Shown here: positions 28,865 through 41,739 of the stretch, one piece after another
Layout of the letters: each line of letters opens with the position of its first letter
Position numbering within the stretch: position 1 is the stretch's first letter
Assembly (NCBI RefSeq): GCF_026626665.1
Contig: NZ_JAPNKE010000002.1
Location: 3,565,168 to 3,629,167, forward strand
Source: Nannocystis pusilla
Lineage (GTDB): Bacteria > Myxococcota_A > Polyangia > Nannocystales > Nannocystaceae
Direction of reading: 5' to 3'
DNA: 64,000 nt
Position numbers and translations under genes: made by a program
Notes under the pieces: model-generated
Database searches by the model: none
Seen by the model: the letters and a program-made list of their open reading frames with translations, nothing else
What the model was told of the DNA's origin: nothing

Positions 28865-30184
28865 TCACAGCGTGACCGTGCGCCCGGCCCCGAAGGGCTC
28901 CTCGAGCCGCGACACCCGCGGCTCCTCGATCGCCACCGGCCCGTGCTTCTCGCGCAGCTCCGGATCGACGTGCTCGCGGATCACCCGGAACAGGCCGTTG
29001 TCGAACGACTTGCCGCCGGCGCCGCGGACCTGCTCGATGCGCTCGCGCAGCCCCGCGCGCTCCATCATCACCGCGCGGTGGTGGCAGAACGGGTTGTTGC
29101 CGGGGCGGCCGAGCAGCGGCTCGGCGGCCGCGGTGCAGCCGGCCATGCACGTCTCGGCGTAGTAGCACTCGCGGCAATAGCCCCACAGGTCGTCGACCGT
29201 GCGCGCGCGGATATAGCCGAGCTGATACGACTCTTCCCAAACCTTCTTGATCCCGTGGACCCGCCAGTTGCCGCCGATGTTGGTGCCGCCGCCGAGGCTC
29301 GGGCAGTTCTTGATCGCCCCGTCGCTCTCGATGCCCATCACCGACACCCCGGCCGTGCAGCCGCGCCAGTGCTTGCGCTGCGAGCTCCGCAGGCGCCGCT
29401 CGAGCGGCCCGAAGTAGCCGAGGTTGTTGCCGGGCCACAGCCGGACCTTGCGGGCCTCGCAGCGGTCGAGCACCTTGTCGAGCGTCTCGAAGATGTCGAT
29501 GAACATGTGCGGCTGCAGCAAGATCTCCGGGTGATCGGCCGCATTGCCGTGCGGCACCGTGATCTGCAGCTGCCACGAATGGATGCCCTCGTCGGCCAGC
29601 AGCTCGAACAGCGGCAGCAGCTCGTGGCGGGTCAGCGCGTTGATCTGGGTGTTGCTGGCGATCTTGCCGCCCGCCGCGCGGATCCGCCGCATCGCCGCGA
29701 ACGCCCGCTTCCAGCTGCCCTGCACCCCGCGCAGGCGATCGTGCGTGTCCTCGAGGCCGTCGATCGAGAAGGTCACGCTGCCGATCCCGGCCTCGATCAT
29801 CGCCGCCGCCCGCTCCTCGGTCAGGTTGAGGCCGCCGGTCGTCATCGTGCAGGCCATCCCGGCCTCGCGGATCGCCCGGATGATGAGGATGAAGTCGTTG
29901 CGCAGGTAGGCCTCGCCGCCGATCAGCACCACCTCGCCGCACCCGAGGTCCGCCAGCTCGCGCACGACCTTCAGGCACTCCTCCGTCGACAGCTCGTCGG
30001 GCCGCTTGTGGCCCGCCCGCGGCCCGCAATGCGCACAGTGCTGATCGCACGCCAGGGTCAGCTCCCACACCGCCCAGCGCGGCGCCTTGGCCTCGCGGCG
30101 GTCCTGGATGCTCAGCCAGCGATTGGCTGGTGCGGGCAACGAGGCGACCACGGGCAAACGACGGCGCACATCACTTAAGCTCAT
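28865..30184 (-). CDS. Radical SAM enzyme with C-terminal SPASM domain (peptide/protein-modifying maturase-like)
   Basis: 439 aa. CDQHCAHC (CxxxCxxC) radical SAM cluster, GGEAYL motif, and a C-terminal Cys-rich SPASM region (CPSLGGG…YCRECYYAETCMAGC). Confidence 0.85.
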   Translation of the reverse strand: MSLSDVRRRLPVVASLPAPANRWLSIQDRREAKAPRWAVWELTLACDQHCAHCGPRAGHKRPDELSTEECLKVVRELADLGCGEVVLIGGEAYLRNDFILIIRAIREAGMACTMTTGGLNLTEERAAAMIEAGIGSVTFSIDGLEDTHDRLRGVQGSWKRAFAAMRRIRAAGGKIASNTQINALTRHELLPLFELLADEGIHSWQLQITVPHGNAADHPEILLQPHMFIDIFETLDKVLDRCEARKVRLWPGNNLGYFGPLERRLRSSQRKHWRGCTAGVSVMGIESDGAIKNCPSLGGGTNIGGNWRVHGIKKVWEESYQLGYIRARTVDDLWGYCRECYYAETCMAGCTAAAEPLLGRPGNNPFCHHRAVMMERAGLRERIEQVRGAGGKSFDNGLFRVIREHVDPELREKHGPVAIEEPRVSRLEEPFGAGRTVTL

Positions 30185-30353
30185 GGCGACAGCCTAACAC
30201 GCGGCCTGTACCGATGCTCGCGCGGGCGCGAGCCGGCCGCGCGGCGCCGGGACGATGCCTCACGACGCCGATGACCCGGTCACCGCGGCACCGCGACACC
30301 GCTGCCCCGGTCACCGCACCCCACACCTGGGACGCGGCGCCGGAGCCCCATCG

Positions 30354-32846
30354 TCACGACTTGGCCGGCTCGTTCGCCGCGCCCGGCAGCAGGCGCGCCA
30401 GCGGCGAGCCGCGCAGCAGCCGTGCGAGCACCTCGGCCACGCTCTCGCCGCCGAGGATCGCCAGCGGGGCCATCGACTCCGCCATCTTCTCCGCCAGCGC
30501 CCGATCGCCGAACGCCTGCAGCGCGGCGATCAGGTCGGGCGAGACCGCCCGCGCCTTCTCGACCACCGCCGCGACCTCGGCCTGCAGCTCGCGCAGGCGC
30601 TGGTCGAGCTGCTGCTGCTGGACCGTCAGCTCGAGCGTCGCGGTCGCCTGGCGCCGGCCGAGCTCGGCCCCGTGGATCGCCCCGATCCGCTCCTGCTCGG
30701 CCAGCAGCGCCTGCTGCTGGCGCTCGTGCAAGTCGAGCTTGGCCGCCAGCTCGGCCAGCTAGGCGCTGCTGCTGCTCGCCCTCGCGGGTGCGCAGCGCGA
30801 TCGCCTGCTGCAGCGTCGCCGACTTGGCCTCCGCGACCTGCTGCGTGACCGCCTCGGCCTGGCGCACCATGTCGAGCCGGCGCTGCTCGGCGGCCAGCGA
30901 CAGCGTCTGCTGGACCGCGGCGTGCTGCGCCTGGACCAGCAGCTCGGCGATCGCCTCGTCGCCGATCGTCACCTCGAGCACCTCGACGTCGTACACCCGC
31001 ATCCCGTTCTCTTCGAAGCGCCGGCCCGGCCGCTTGCCGTCCTCGCCCGCGACCCCGAGGATCACGTCGCGCAGGATCGCCACCGAGTCGGCGTAGAACT
31101 GCTCGATGCCGTGGCGCTTGACCGCCGCGCGGACGAGCGAGCGCAGGTGGTCGGTCAGGAACTTGACGTATTCTCGACCTCGAACCACCGGTTCGGGTCG
31201 CCCTCGAAGTTGACGCGGTAGCTGAGCTGCAGCTGCACGCGCACGAGGTCGCGGGTCTCGACCTCCACCTGGTCGGACACCTTGTTGTTGAGCACCCGCA
31301 GGTAGACCGTCTTGAACAGGTTGTGCTCGGTCTTCGGCGTGCCGGTCGACAGCTCGAGCACCTGCAGCGTCTCGTCGTACTCGAGCAGGTGCGTGTGCGG
31401 CCCGGTCACGACCTTGCGCTCGCCGGTCTTCGACACCACCAGCACCGCGTAGCCGGTCCACACGTCGATGGCGACCGCGCCGTCGTAGCGGGTGTCGAGC
31501 ACGATGGTGCGCGGCCCGGTGAAGGTCTGGCTGCGCGTGAAGTCGTCGCCGGCGAACTCCGACGACGGCGGCGGAGGCGGCGGCGCGGCCGGTCCGCCCG
31601 GCGCCGGCGCGGCTTTCGGCGAGGCCGAGGCCCGCGCCGCCTGCACCGGCACCGAGGCCACCGCCGCGAACTCGGCGGCGATCTGCGGCGCGTTCTGCTG
31701 CGCGAGGCGGCGGTTGTAGTCGTAGGCCTCGCGGTTGCCGGGGAACCACAGCGAGACGGTCTTCGGATCGAGCACGCGGCGGATGATGAGCTCGATCCGC
31801 GGATCGGGCAGATAGATGGCCGGGCCGCGCTTCAGCGTGATGGTGCCCTTGTTGCGGTCGAGCACGTAGCGCGCCTCGCCGGCGGGGATCGCGACCGCGT
31901 AGTGCCGCTCCTGATCGCCGTACTTGATGATCGCGTGCTCCGGCCGCGGCAGGTAGATCATCGTGTCCTTGCCGGTGATGAACAGCTCGTCGCCGACCTT
32001 GTAGCGGACCCCGTTCTCCTCGTACGGCGCGATGACCTTGATGTAGAGGCCGGTGTTCTCGTTGAGCTCGATCGCGCGGAACTTGCGGGCGCCCCGCATC
32101 GCCACGAACGTCTCGGTCGGCTGCGGAAACACCACCGCAGGGCCCTGGATGTAGCGCTTGTTGCCGTTCTCGTCGAGCAGGATGCAGTACTCGAGCCGCT
32201 CCAACGTGATCGCCTCGCGCACGTAGTTGCCGTCGACGTCCGGCACCACCTCGACGCCGGTCGGCGGGATGTAGAACGCGACCTCGGTGCCGCGGATGAT
32301 CAGCAGCGTGCCCATCGTCAGGTCGGGCGGCCGCTGCACGTGGACCGCCTCGCCCTCGTCCGCCGCCGCCTCGGCGCGCATGCGCAGCACCGCGTTCTTC
32401 CAGTTGGTCTTGGCGCCCTCCTCGTCGTACACGCGCACGAGCAGGTATTGATTGGAGCGCAGGTGGTGGCCCTGGATGACGCGCACCATCTGCCCCGGCC
32501 ACAGCGCGAACGAGGCCGGCCCGGGGATGTTGACCTTGCGACCGGTGTCGAGCGACGGCAGGTTGTTGAGCGCGCCGGTCCGCGGGTGGCTCTTGTCGGT
32601 CGCCGGGTTCTTCAAACTCAGGTACCAGCCCTCGGGCGCGATCGACAGCGACTGGATCGCGCCGTCGAGCGGGCGCCGCTCGAACCGCTTGCTGCCGGCG
32701 TCGAACACCACGGGCGCGTCGGTGTTGGCGAGGCTCGTCTTGTGCGGCCCGACGTAGACGTTGATGTTGCCCTTCGTCTCGTCCAGGATGAAGGCGAACT
32801 CGTTCGGTGCGAGGACAAGGTCTCGTTCACGGCCTCGGTCGTTCAT
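30354..32846 (-). CDS. Major vault protein (MVP)-like protein: N-terminal vault repeats + SPFH/shoulder-like domain + C-terminal coiled coil (2 apparent frameshifts)
   Basis: From the ATG at 32846 with an AGGAG RBS: [39 protein letters not shown]… with repeated vault-type units (ORF 31155..33152 frame). SPFH-like segment (ORF 30280..32502 frame: …[26 protein letters not shown]…). Coiled-coil C-terminus (ORF 30354..30731 frame). Confidence 0.6.
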
Positions 32847-32949
32847 GGGGCTCCTGTCGCGACGGCGGACGTCGCGGGCCCCGAGCATACGAGCCGACGC
32901 ACCGCGACGGCAGCCCCGCGGCCGCGCCTCACGATCGCCAGAGGCGCGC

Positions 32950-33573
32950 TCACGCGCGCAGGACGAGCTCGAAGCCCCGGCGCACGCGCGCGGCGTAGCT
33001 GTCCCAGAAGCCCCGCTCGTCGGGCGTGCCCGCGTCGGCGCGGTCGAAGCGACCCTGCCACGCGACCACGCGCTCCGGCGCAGGCTTCCACAGGCCGGCG
33101 TCGACCAGCTCGACGACGAGACCGAGCGCCCCGTAGTCGCCCGCGCCCTCATAAAGATCGCCGTCGTCGGCGCGATCGAGGACCGCGCCCGCGCGCTCGC
33201 CCAGGGCGTCGATGCTCGCCTGCCCGCCGGGCACCCGCAGCAGCGCGTCGAACCGCGGGCCGTCGTTGTAGCCGCCGATCACCGCCTCCGCGGCCTCGCT
33301 GCGCGAGCGACCCTCGAGCGCGCCCTCGAGATCGCGCGCGAGCCCGGCCAGCACCTCGCGCGCGTCGGCCGGCAGCGCCTCGCCGTGCGCCAGCGCGGCG
33401 GCCACGTGGTCCGCCCCGCGCAGCTTCAGCACCACCGGTTGCAGCCACGCGACCAGGCCGATGCCCACCGCCAGCGCGACCGGCGGGGCGTCGATCGCGG
33501 GCAGCTTCACCAGGCTGCTCACGAGGTCGAGCGCGGAGTCGTTGTCGTAGAGGCCGTCGTCCCAGGTGCCCAT
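32950..33573 (-). CDS. DUF4259-like hypothetical protein
   Basis: N-terminus [18 protein letters not shown], characteristic of DUF4259. Confidence 0.5.
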   Translation of the reverse strand: MGTWDDGLYDNDSALDLVSSLVKLPAIDAPPVALAVGIGLVAWLQPVVLKLRGADHVAAALAHGEALPADAREVLAGLARDLEGALEGRSRSEAAEAVIGGYNDGPRFDALLRVPGGQASIDALGERAGAVLDRADDGDLYEGAGDYGALGLVVELVDAGLWKPAPERVVAWQGRFDRADAGTPDERGFWDSYAARVRRGFELVLRA

Positions 33574-33627
33574 GCGCGAGCGACCGTAGGCCGGCGCACG
33601 CGCGCGCAAGCGCGGTAAGTCGCGCCG

Positions 33628-34649
<1,022 letters not shown>

Positions 34650-34957
34650 CGGCGGGCTCGTGGCTCCGGCTGGCGATCGGGACATGTCTTGAAGGCCATG
34701 CCCGATGGTTCAAGGCCGACTCGAGGAGGCCGGCCCCCACGTGTGGACCGCGGAGCGACGATCGAGGTCCCCCGCTCGTCTGCTGCTGCCGACGCTCGGC
34801 GGCGACGACGCGCGGGTGAATGACCACAGCCCGTTTTCGACGGACCTATCCCTTGAAACAGGTGTCGCGGCCGCCGCGCCACGAACGCCGTCCACCGCGT
34901 CGAGGCGTCGGCTCGCGGACGAGAAGACGCGCGGCCCGTCCGCTATGCTGAGCGCAT

Positions 34958-37276
34958 ATGCAAGAGTCCGAGGGACACGCCGGCGCCCCGTGCGACCTCG
35001 CGGCGCTGATCGACAGCCTACCGGGGATGGTCTATCGCTGCCGGGCCGACCGCGTGTGGACGCTCGACTACGTCAGCGCCGGCGCGCTCGAGCTCACCGG
35101 CTATCGGCCCGACGAATTGCTGGCGAGCGAGCGGCGGTCCTACGCCGATCTCATCCTTGCCATGGACCGCCGCGCCGTCGAGACCGCCGTCGATACGGCC
35201 ATCGCCGCCGGTCAGTCGTTCACCATCGAGTACCGGATCCGCGACCGCGCCGGCCGCCTCAAGCACGTGTGGGAGCGCGGCCGACTGCTGCGCGGCGAAG
35301 GCACCGCCGCCGTGCTCGAGGGCTTCGTCACCGACATCTCGCCGCTGCGCCGCGCCGAGCACGACCTGCGCGAGCGGATCAAGGAGCTCGAGCTGCTCTT
35401 CGAGGTCTCGTCGATCGCCGGCGACGAGCTCACGCTCGACGAGGCGCTGTGGCAGATCGCCGACCGGATCCCGCGCGGCTACTGCTACCCGCCCGAGGTG
35501 GCGGCGCGGATCCAGCTCGGCGACCGCGTCTACACCTCGTCGCGCTTCGCCGCCGATCCGTGCAGCCAGTCGGCGCCGATCAGCGTCGGCGGTCGCGTCG
35601 CCGGCGTGCTCGAGGTGTGCCGGATCGCCGACTCGCAGATCCCCTGCGCGCGCTACTTCCTGCGCGAGGAGCAGGAGATGCTGCACGTCATCGCCGGCCG
35701 GATCGGCGCCCTGGCCGAGCGGGCCGGCATCGTCGAGGCCTTGCGCGCCAGCGAGCGCCACGCCCGCGAGCTCTACGAGCGCCTGCCGATCGCCACGGTG
35801 TGCTGGCAGCAGCGCGGCGACGCCTTCGTGCTCGTCGATCACAACCTGGCGGCCTTCGCCCTCAGCGACGGCCACGTGTCGGCATGGGTCGGACGCGACC
35901 TCGCCGAGCTGCTGCCCGACCGCCCCGAGCTCGTCGACGCCATGAAGACCTGCGTCGCCACGCAGGGCGCCCTCCGCCGCGAGGTCGAGGTCGCGCGACC
36001 CGATGGCCCGCCCGCGATCTTCGTCGTCTCGTTCGGCTTCGTCCCGCCCGACCTCGTGCTCTCCCATGTGGTCGACGTCACCCGCGAGCGTCACCTCGAG
36101 CGGCGCTTCCAGGAGGCGCAGAAGATGGAGGTGCTCGGGCGCATGGCCGCCGGCGTCGCCCACGACTTCAACAACCTCCTCACCGTGATCCTCAGCTACA
36201 CCGGCATCCTCGAGAAGAGCGTCGGCGCCAGCGAGGCCGCCGGCTCCGACGTCGCCGACCTCGAGGAGATCCGCAAGGCCAGCGAGCGGGCCGCCGCGCT
36301 CACGCAGCAGCTCCTGAGCTTCAGCCGGCGCGACATCGTCGCCCCCGAGGTCATCGACCTCGGCGCCAAGATCCGCGAGCTCCGCGGCATGCTCGTCCGC
36401 CTGCTCGGCGAGGAGCGGACCCTGACCATCTCGCTGGCCGGCGCGCCGTGTCCGGTGCGGATCGGCCCCGGCCACCTCGATCAGCTGCTCGTCAACCTCG
36501 TCATCAACGCCCGCGACGCCACCCGCGTCGGCGGCCGCGTCGTCATCGCCACCGCCACCCTCGAGGCGGGCGACGACGACGGCGCTCACCTCGACCTGCC
36601 GCCCGGTCCGCGCGTCGTCATGACCGTGCGCGACGACGGCAGCGGCATGGACGAGGCGACGCGGGCGCGGATCTTCGAACCTTTCTTCACCACCAAGCCG
36701 CCCGGCTTCGGCACCGGCATGGGCCTCGCGATCGTCTACGGCATCGTCCGTCAGGCCAGCGGCGCGATCGTCGTCGACAGCCAGCCGGGCCGCGGCACGA
36801 CCTTCCGGATCTACTTCCCGCGCGACCAGGAGCCGCTGCCGCGCCGGCCGTCGACGGCGCCCGCGCCGCAGACGCGCGAGCCCGGCGGCGAGACCATCTT
36901 GCTGGTCGAGGACAGCGAGCCGGTGCGGCGGCTCGTGCTGCGCGTGCTCGGGGCCGCCGGTTACCACGTGCTGGCGGCCGCCGACGCGGCCGAGGCGCTG
37001 CTGATCTGCGAGCGCAACGGCGGCTCTGTCGACCTCCTCGTCACCGACCTGGTGATGCCGTGGACCAGCGGCGCCAGCCTGGCCCAGCGGGTCGCGGCGC
37101 GCTGCCCCGGCCTGCGCGTCCTGTTCACCAGCAGCTCGCCGGAGCGCGCCCTGCAGGCCGCCGCCGAGCTCGACGCCGCCGCCAGCTTCATCGCCAAGCC
37201 GTTCACCGGCGAGGCCCTGGTCGGTCTGGTCCGGCGGATCCTCGACGGCGAGGACGGCGAGCCGGCGGCCTCGTGA
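34958..37276 (+). CDS. Hybrid sensor histidine kinase (PAS-GAF-HisKA-HATPase_c-REC)
   Basis: 772 aa. H-box [10 protein letters not shown]1 and G2 boxes ([25 protein letters not shown]). C-terminal receiver with the phospho-acceptor Asp ([10 protein letters not shown]). Confidence 0.85.
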   Translation: MQESEGHAGAPCDLAALIDSLPGMVYRCRADRVWTLDYVSAGALELTGYRPDELLASERRSYADLILAMDRRAVETAVDTAIAAGQSFTIEYRIRDRAGRLKHVWERGRLLRGEGTAAVLEGFVTDISPLRRAEHDLRERIKELELLFEVSSIAGDELTLDEALWQIADRIPRGYCYPPEVAARIQLGDRVYTSSRFAADPCSQSAPISVGGRVAGVLEVCRIADSQIPCARYFLREEQEMLHVIAGRIGALAERAGIVEALRASERHARELYERLPIATVCWQQRGDAFVLVDHNLAAFALSDGHVSAWVGRDLAELLPDRPELVDAMKTCVATQGALRREVEVARPDGPPAIFVVSFGFVPPDLVLSHVVDVTRERHLERRFQEAQKMEVLGRMAAGVAHDFNNLLTVILSYTGILEKSVGASEAAGSDVADLEEIRKASERAAALTQQLLSFSRRDIVAPEVIDLGAKIRELRGMLVRLLGEERTLTISLAGAPCPVRIGPGHLDQLLVNLVINARDATRVGGRVVIATATLEAGDDDGAHLDLPPGPRVVMTVRDDGSGMDEATRARIFEPFFTTKPPGFGTGMGLAIVYGIVRQASGAIVVDSQPGRGTTFRIYFPRDQEPLPRRPSTAPAPQTREPGGETILLVEDSEPVRRLVLRVLGAAGYHVLAAADAAEALLICERNGGSVDLLVTDLVMPWTSGASLAQRVAARCPGLRVLFTSSSPERALQAAAELDAAASFIAKPFTGEALVGLVRRILDGEDGEPAAS

Positions 37277-37485
37277 GCGCGGCGCGGATCACAGCGCCGA
37301 CCCGCGGACCCGTGCGCTGCCCACATAGCCGTTCCGACATGTCCTTCGAGTCATTGTGACGAGCGGCCCGCCGCGCCGCTCGCGGCGCCGCCGGCGACCC
37401 TCACGAGCGCGAGCGGACGGCCGCAGCGTCGGGTTGTCGCATCGCGCGTCCCGATTACTCTTTCGCGCGACTCGAAAGGAACACC

Positions 37486-38807
37486 ATGACGTTCTCCCTG
37501 ACAGACACAGTTCGCGACGCCTTGACCTCCGGCGGCATCGTCAACGGCGCCGCGTCCGCCCTCGGGATCTCGAGCGCCTCGGCGTCGAAGGGCCTGGCCG
37601 CCGCGGGCTCGGCCATGCTCGCCGGTCTGGCCAACAAAGCCCGCGATCCGCTGGCGCTCGGCGAATTCTTCAACATGGCCCAGGATCCGGCGCTCACGAG
37701 CTCGGCGCTCGACGATCCGGCGCGCCTGCTCAGCGGCGCCGCCGAGGCCACCCGCGCGCGCGACCTCGGCACCCGCTTGACCTCGAGTCTGTTCGGCGGT
37801 CGCACCGACGACGTCGTCGGCGGCCTGGCCCGCCACGCCGGCATCGGCAGCACCGCGGCCGCCTCGTTGATGAGCATGGCGGCGCCGCTGGTCCTGCGGG
37901 CGGTCGGCGGCCTGGTGCGCGGCGGCGGCCTGACGGTCGGCTCGCTCGGGCAGGCGCTGCTCGGCAACCAGAGCGAGATCATGAACGCGGTGCCGCCGTC
38001 GCTGGCGGGCACGATCGGCCGCGCGCAGATCTACGACGTCGTCCGCGAGGCCCAGCCGCAAGTGCCTCACCTGCCGCACCCCGCGGCCGTCGAGCCCCGG
38101 CGGCCGGCCTGGTGGGCCATCCCGCTGGCCCTGTTGCCGCTGGCGCTGCTCGCCTGGTGGTTCCTCGACGCCCGCCGGACCGAGCGCCAGGCCGACACCA
38201 CCGCCTCGCGCTACGAGACCCCGGCGGCCGTCGCCACGCGCACGCCTCCCTCTGCTCCGCCGCCCGCGAGCAAGCGCGCGACCCCCCGACCCCACAGGCC
38301 ACGCCGACCCCACAGGCCGCGCCGGCGCCGAAGGCCCAGCCCGAGCTCAGGCCCGTCCACGTCGCCGAGGTCAACCGCGAGCTGCGGTTCGCCGAGAACG
38401 GCGTCGAGGCCAAGCTGCTCGCCTTCCTGCGCGACAAGGGCGCCAAGTACGACGACAAGACCTGGTTCGAGTTCGACCGCCTGGTGTTCGACACCAACGC
38501 GCAGACGCTGGCCGCCGGCTCGCACGAGCAGCTCGAGAACCTGGCCGCGATCCTCAAGGCCTATCCCAACGTGCACATCAAGATCGGCGGCTACACCGAC
38601 AACACCGGCGACCCGAACGCCAACCTCAAGCTGTCGCAGGAGCGCGCCGACAACGTGAAGAAGGAGCTGGTCGCGCGCGGCGTCCCCGGCGATCGCATCG
38701 AGACCGAGGGCTACGGCGAGCAGCACCCCGTCGCCGCCAACACCACCGAGGAGGGCCGCGCCCAGAACCGCCGGATCGCCCTCCGCGTGCTCCCGCCGAA
38801 GTCTTGA
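37486..38807 (+). CDS. OmpA-family protein (N-terminal DUF937-like region + OmpA C-terminal domain), apparent frameshift near 38270
   Basis: C-terminal OmpA_C signature (GYTDNTGDPNANLKLSQERADNVKKELV…NRRIAL) in the frame of ORF 37356..38807. The N-terminal 270 aa are in the frame of ORF 37486..38658. Confidence 0.65.
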
Positions 38808-38928
38808 GTCGCGCGCGAGCGCTGCGTCCCCCACGAGCCGGGCGCCCGCGTCGGTCCCCGGCTTTTCCTGCGCGCGAGGCTCGTCGTACGAGCGCCCGCG
38901 CGTCGACCGAGCTCGTATCGACGCCTCG

Positions 38929-38998
38929 AGGACATGTTCTTCAAGACATGTCCTTGTGAAACTTACCCTTTAGACATGTCACATGTGACATGTCCTAT
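38929..38998. repeat. Intergenic GACATGTCC-core repeat array
   Basis: gaggacatgttcttcaagacatgtccttgtgaaacttaccctttagacatgtcacatgtgacatgtcc. Confidence 0.8.
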
Positions 38999-39001
38999 CA
39001 T

Positions 39002-40351
39002 TCAGAGCGAGTCGTCGATCACCTTGAGCGGCCCGAGCCCGAGCGGCTCGACCTGGGCGCGGATCGTCGCGGGATCGCCGACCAACACCACCTGCATCGC
39101 CGCCGGCTCGAACCACTGCGCCAGCGCGCGCTCGACGTCGTCGTCGCGCACGCCCCCGAGCCGGCGCAGCTCGGCCGCCAGGGCGTCGTCGGGCCGCCCC
39201 GCCACCTGCATCCGCGCCACCGCCTCGATGACGGCGGCGAGTCGCTGGTGCTCCAGCATGCGCTCGACCTGGAACGCGAGGCCGAGCAGGCGCAGCACGT
39301 CTCCGGTCAAGAAGCGGCCCTGCGCCGCCTTCAGCTGCGAGAGCATGGCCCGCAGCGACGAGCCCGTGGCGGCCGCGTCGACCTGGGTCTCGATCGCCAG
39401 CATTCCGCCGCCCCGGGCCGGCACGTGGCTCACCGCCACGCTGTACGTGTCGCCGCGATCGCGCCGAAGCACCTCGCGCAGAGCCGAGCCGACCACGGCC
39501 GAAGCCAGCTCGAGCGCGAGGTCGTCGGCGTCGCCGGCGATCGCTCGGCCCACCACGATGGCAGTCTGGGCCAGCCCCGGTCGTGGCACCACCAGCACCT
39601 CGCGGCGCGCCGTCGCTAGCTCGGACGCGGGCGCGGGCATGTCGGACGACCCCGGCCACTCGCCCAGCGCCCCCGCGGCCGCCCGCGCGAGCTCGGCCCG
39701 CGGCGCCTCCCCGACGACCACCAGCGCCGGCCGGGCCCGCAGCCACTGCTCTTGCGCCTTTCGGACATGTTCGATCGACCAGCCCGCCGTCGCGCGCGCC
39801 TCCCCGAGCGCGTCGAGCCGCGGGGCCAGGCGGCGCTGCAGCTGGTGCAGCCCCCGCCTCGCCGGATCGCCGTCGCGCCGCTGCTGGGCCGCCAGCCGCT
39901 CGCGCCGCAGCGCCTCGACGTCCTCCGCGGTGAGCTCCGCGCCGCGCAGCGCCGCGCTCACGATCGCCAGCGCCTCGCGCCACGCCGACGCCTCGACCTC
40001 GACCCGCAGCAGCGCCCCGTCTCCGAGCCACACCACCTCGATCGCCCCGCCGAGCTCGCCGAGCGCGTCCTCGACGGCCCGATCGGGCCCGCGGGCCAGC
40101 AGCTCGAGGGTGAAGCTCGCCAGCGGCGGATCGATCTCCGCACCTGTCCGCAAGACCAGCCCGATCGCCGTCGTCGGACCCGCCCGCCGCACGTGCAGCA
40201 GCGACGGCCCCAACCGCTCGATCCGCGGCGCGACCACCGGCGGCGCGTTCGTGGGCAGCTCCGGCGCCGTGTGCCGCCACGACTGATTGCTCGCGCACGC
40301 GCCGAGGAGCCACGCCAGCAACCACGCCCTTGCGACGCCCCCGCGCCTCAT
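39002..40351 (-). CDS. M16 family peptidase, second (non-HxxEH) subunit-like
   Basis: About 449 aa from MRRGGVARAWLLAWLLGACAS… with the M16 C-terminal-domain fold. The zinc motif is absent. The ATG overlaps the upstream stop (ATGA). Confidence 0.7.
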   Translation of the reverse strand: MRRGGVARAWLLAWLLGACASNQSWRHTAPELPTNAPPVVAPRIERLGPSLLHVRRAGPTTAIGLVLRTGAEIDPPLASFTLELLARGPDRAVEDALGELGGAIEVVWLGDGALLRVEVEASAWREALAIVSAALRGAELTAEDVEALRRERLAAQQRRDGDPARRGLHQLQRRLAPRLDALGEARATAGWSIEHVRKAQEQWLRARPALVVVGEAPRAELARAAAGALGEWPGSSDMPAPASELATARREVLVVPRPGLAQTAIVVGRAIAGDADDLALELASAVVGSALREVLRRDRGDTYSVAVSHVPARGGGMLAIETQVDAAATGSSLRAMLSQLKAAQGRFLTGDVLRLLGLAFQVERMLEHQRLAAVIEAVARMQVAGRPDDALAAELRRLGGVRDDDVERALAQWFEPAAMQVVLVGDPATIRAQVEPLGLGPLKVIDDSL

Positions 40352-41640
40352 CCGTCCCCCTCCGCCAGCACCGCCACGCGTCCTTCCGGCCGCAGCAGCT
40401 CGCGCGCGAAGCGAGCCACCTCCGCGGGCGTCACCGCCATCCACTCCGCGACGTCCTGCGCCCCGCCGAGCGGCTTGCCGGCGGCCGCCTCCGCCGCCAG
40501 CAGGGCCGCGCGGTCCTGCAGGTCTTGCTGCGCGCTGCGATGCTCCCGCGCGATCCGCAAGCGGGCGCGTCGCACCGCCGGCTCCGCCAGGGCTCCCTCG
40601 GCCACGCGAGCCAGCACGCGATCGACCTCCGCCACGAGGCGCTCCGGATCGCCGCCGACGCGGCCGATCACCCGCACGAAGAACACCGACTGATTCGGCA
40701 GACTGCGCTGCGTCGCCTGAAATCCGGCCGCCTCCGGCGGACCCTCCGCGCGCGCCAGCCGGACATATCCGCCGCGCTCCAGCGCCTCTGCCAGCACGTC
40801 GGCGGTCGCGTCGCCGTCGCCGTCGAGCTTCGGAGACGGCCAGGCCATCAGCACGGCAGGTGCCGCCCCCACCGGTCGCTCGGCCGTCACGCGCAGCTCG
40901 GTCGCTCGCCTCACCTGCGGCACCGTGCGCGCCGGCGGTCGCGGCTGCGCCGGCAGGCCGCCGAATTGCCGCTCGATCCACGCAGGCGTCTCCGCCGGCA
41001 GATCGCCGACCAGCACCAGCGTCGCGTTGCCCGGATGCACCCATCGACCGAGGAACGCGTCGACGTCGGCGATCGTCGCCGCCGCCAGGTCGTCCGCGCT
41101 GCCGATGATCGCCCCGTGATACGGGTGCCCCGCCGGGAACAACGCGGTCAGCGCCTGGATCTCGAGCCGCGCCAGCGGATCTTGCTCGGCCCGCTGGCGC
41201 CGCTCGTTGAGCACGATCCGTCGCACGCCCGCCAGCGTCGGCGCGCCGTGCTGCCCGCGCACGAAGCCGAGGCGATCGGCCTCGATCCACAGCACGTGCT
41301 CGGTCGCCTGCGCCGGCGCCGTATAATAATACTCCGTGGCATAAAACCCGGTCTCCGCGTTGTTCGCGTGGGCCGAAAGCGCGTACTCGAGGCCCTCGCG
41401 CCGGTTGCGATCGACGTGCGCCGAGCCCTCGTGCGCCACGTGCTCGACCACGTGGGCCAGCCCGCTGCGACCGCGCGGATCGTCGACGCTGCCCGCGTGG
41501 ACCCGCAGCCGCACCGCCACCAGCGGTGTCCGTCGGTCGTGGCGGAGGATCACCTCGAGCCCGTTGTCGAGCCGGTAGTGAGCGTCCTGCCCCGGCGTCA
41601 CGACCGGGGCGGCCAGCAGCGCGAGCACGGCGACGAGCAT
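40348..41640 (-). CDS. M16 family zinc metallopeptidase (insulinase-like) with inverted HxxEH motif
   Basis: 430 aa with a signal peptide. Zinc ligands in HVVEHVAHEG and the downstream E (NRREGLEY). Confidence 0.8.
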   Translation of the reverse strand: MLVAVLALLAAPVVTPGQDAHYRLDNGLEVILRHDRRTPLVAVRLRVHAGSVDDPRGRSGLAHVVEHVAHEGSAHVDRNRREGLEYALSAHANNAETGFYATEYYYTAPAQATEHVLWIEADRLGFVRGQHGAPTLAGVRRIVLNERRQRAEQDPLARLEIQALTALFPAGHPYHGAIIGSADDLAAATIADVDAFLGRWVHPGNATLVLVGDLPAETPAWIERQFGGLPAQPRPPARTVPQVRRATELRVTAERPVGAAPAVLMAWPSPKLDGDGDATADVLAEALERGGYVRLARAEGPPEAAGFQATQRSLPNQSVFFVRVIGRVGGDPERLVAEVDRVLARVAEGALAEPAVRRARLRIAREHRSAQQDLQDRAALLAAEAAAGKPLGGAQDVAEWMAVTPAEVARFARELLRPEGRVAVLAEGDG

Positions 41641-41739
41641 CCACCGTCAACGTACCGCGGCCTCACGCCGCGGCGCCGCGGTCGTCGATCGGACGCGGCG
41701 CCCGTCCTCACCCGCGGGCCGAGCCCACGCGTGCGCGCG

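Noticed and set aside
30185-30353. Short ORFs (23 aa MGLRRRVPGVGCGDRGSGVAVPR and a 46 aa GTG-initiated ORF) between the MVP-like and rSAM genes as candidate rSAM precursor peptides
   Set aside because: They have one or no Cys, no leader/core organisation and no RBS. They are indistinguishable from random ORFs at this GC content. I keep them only as a place to look.
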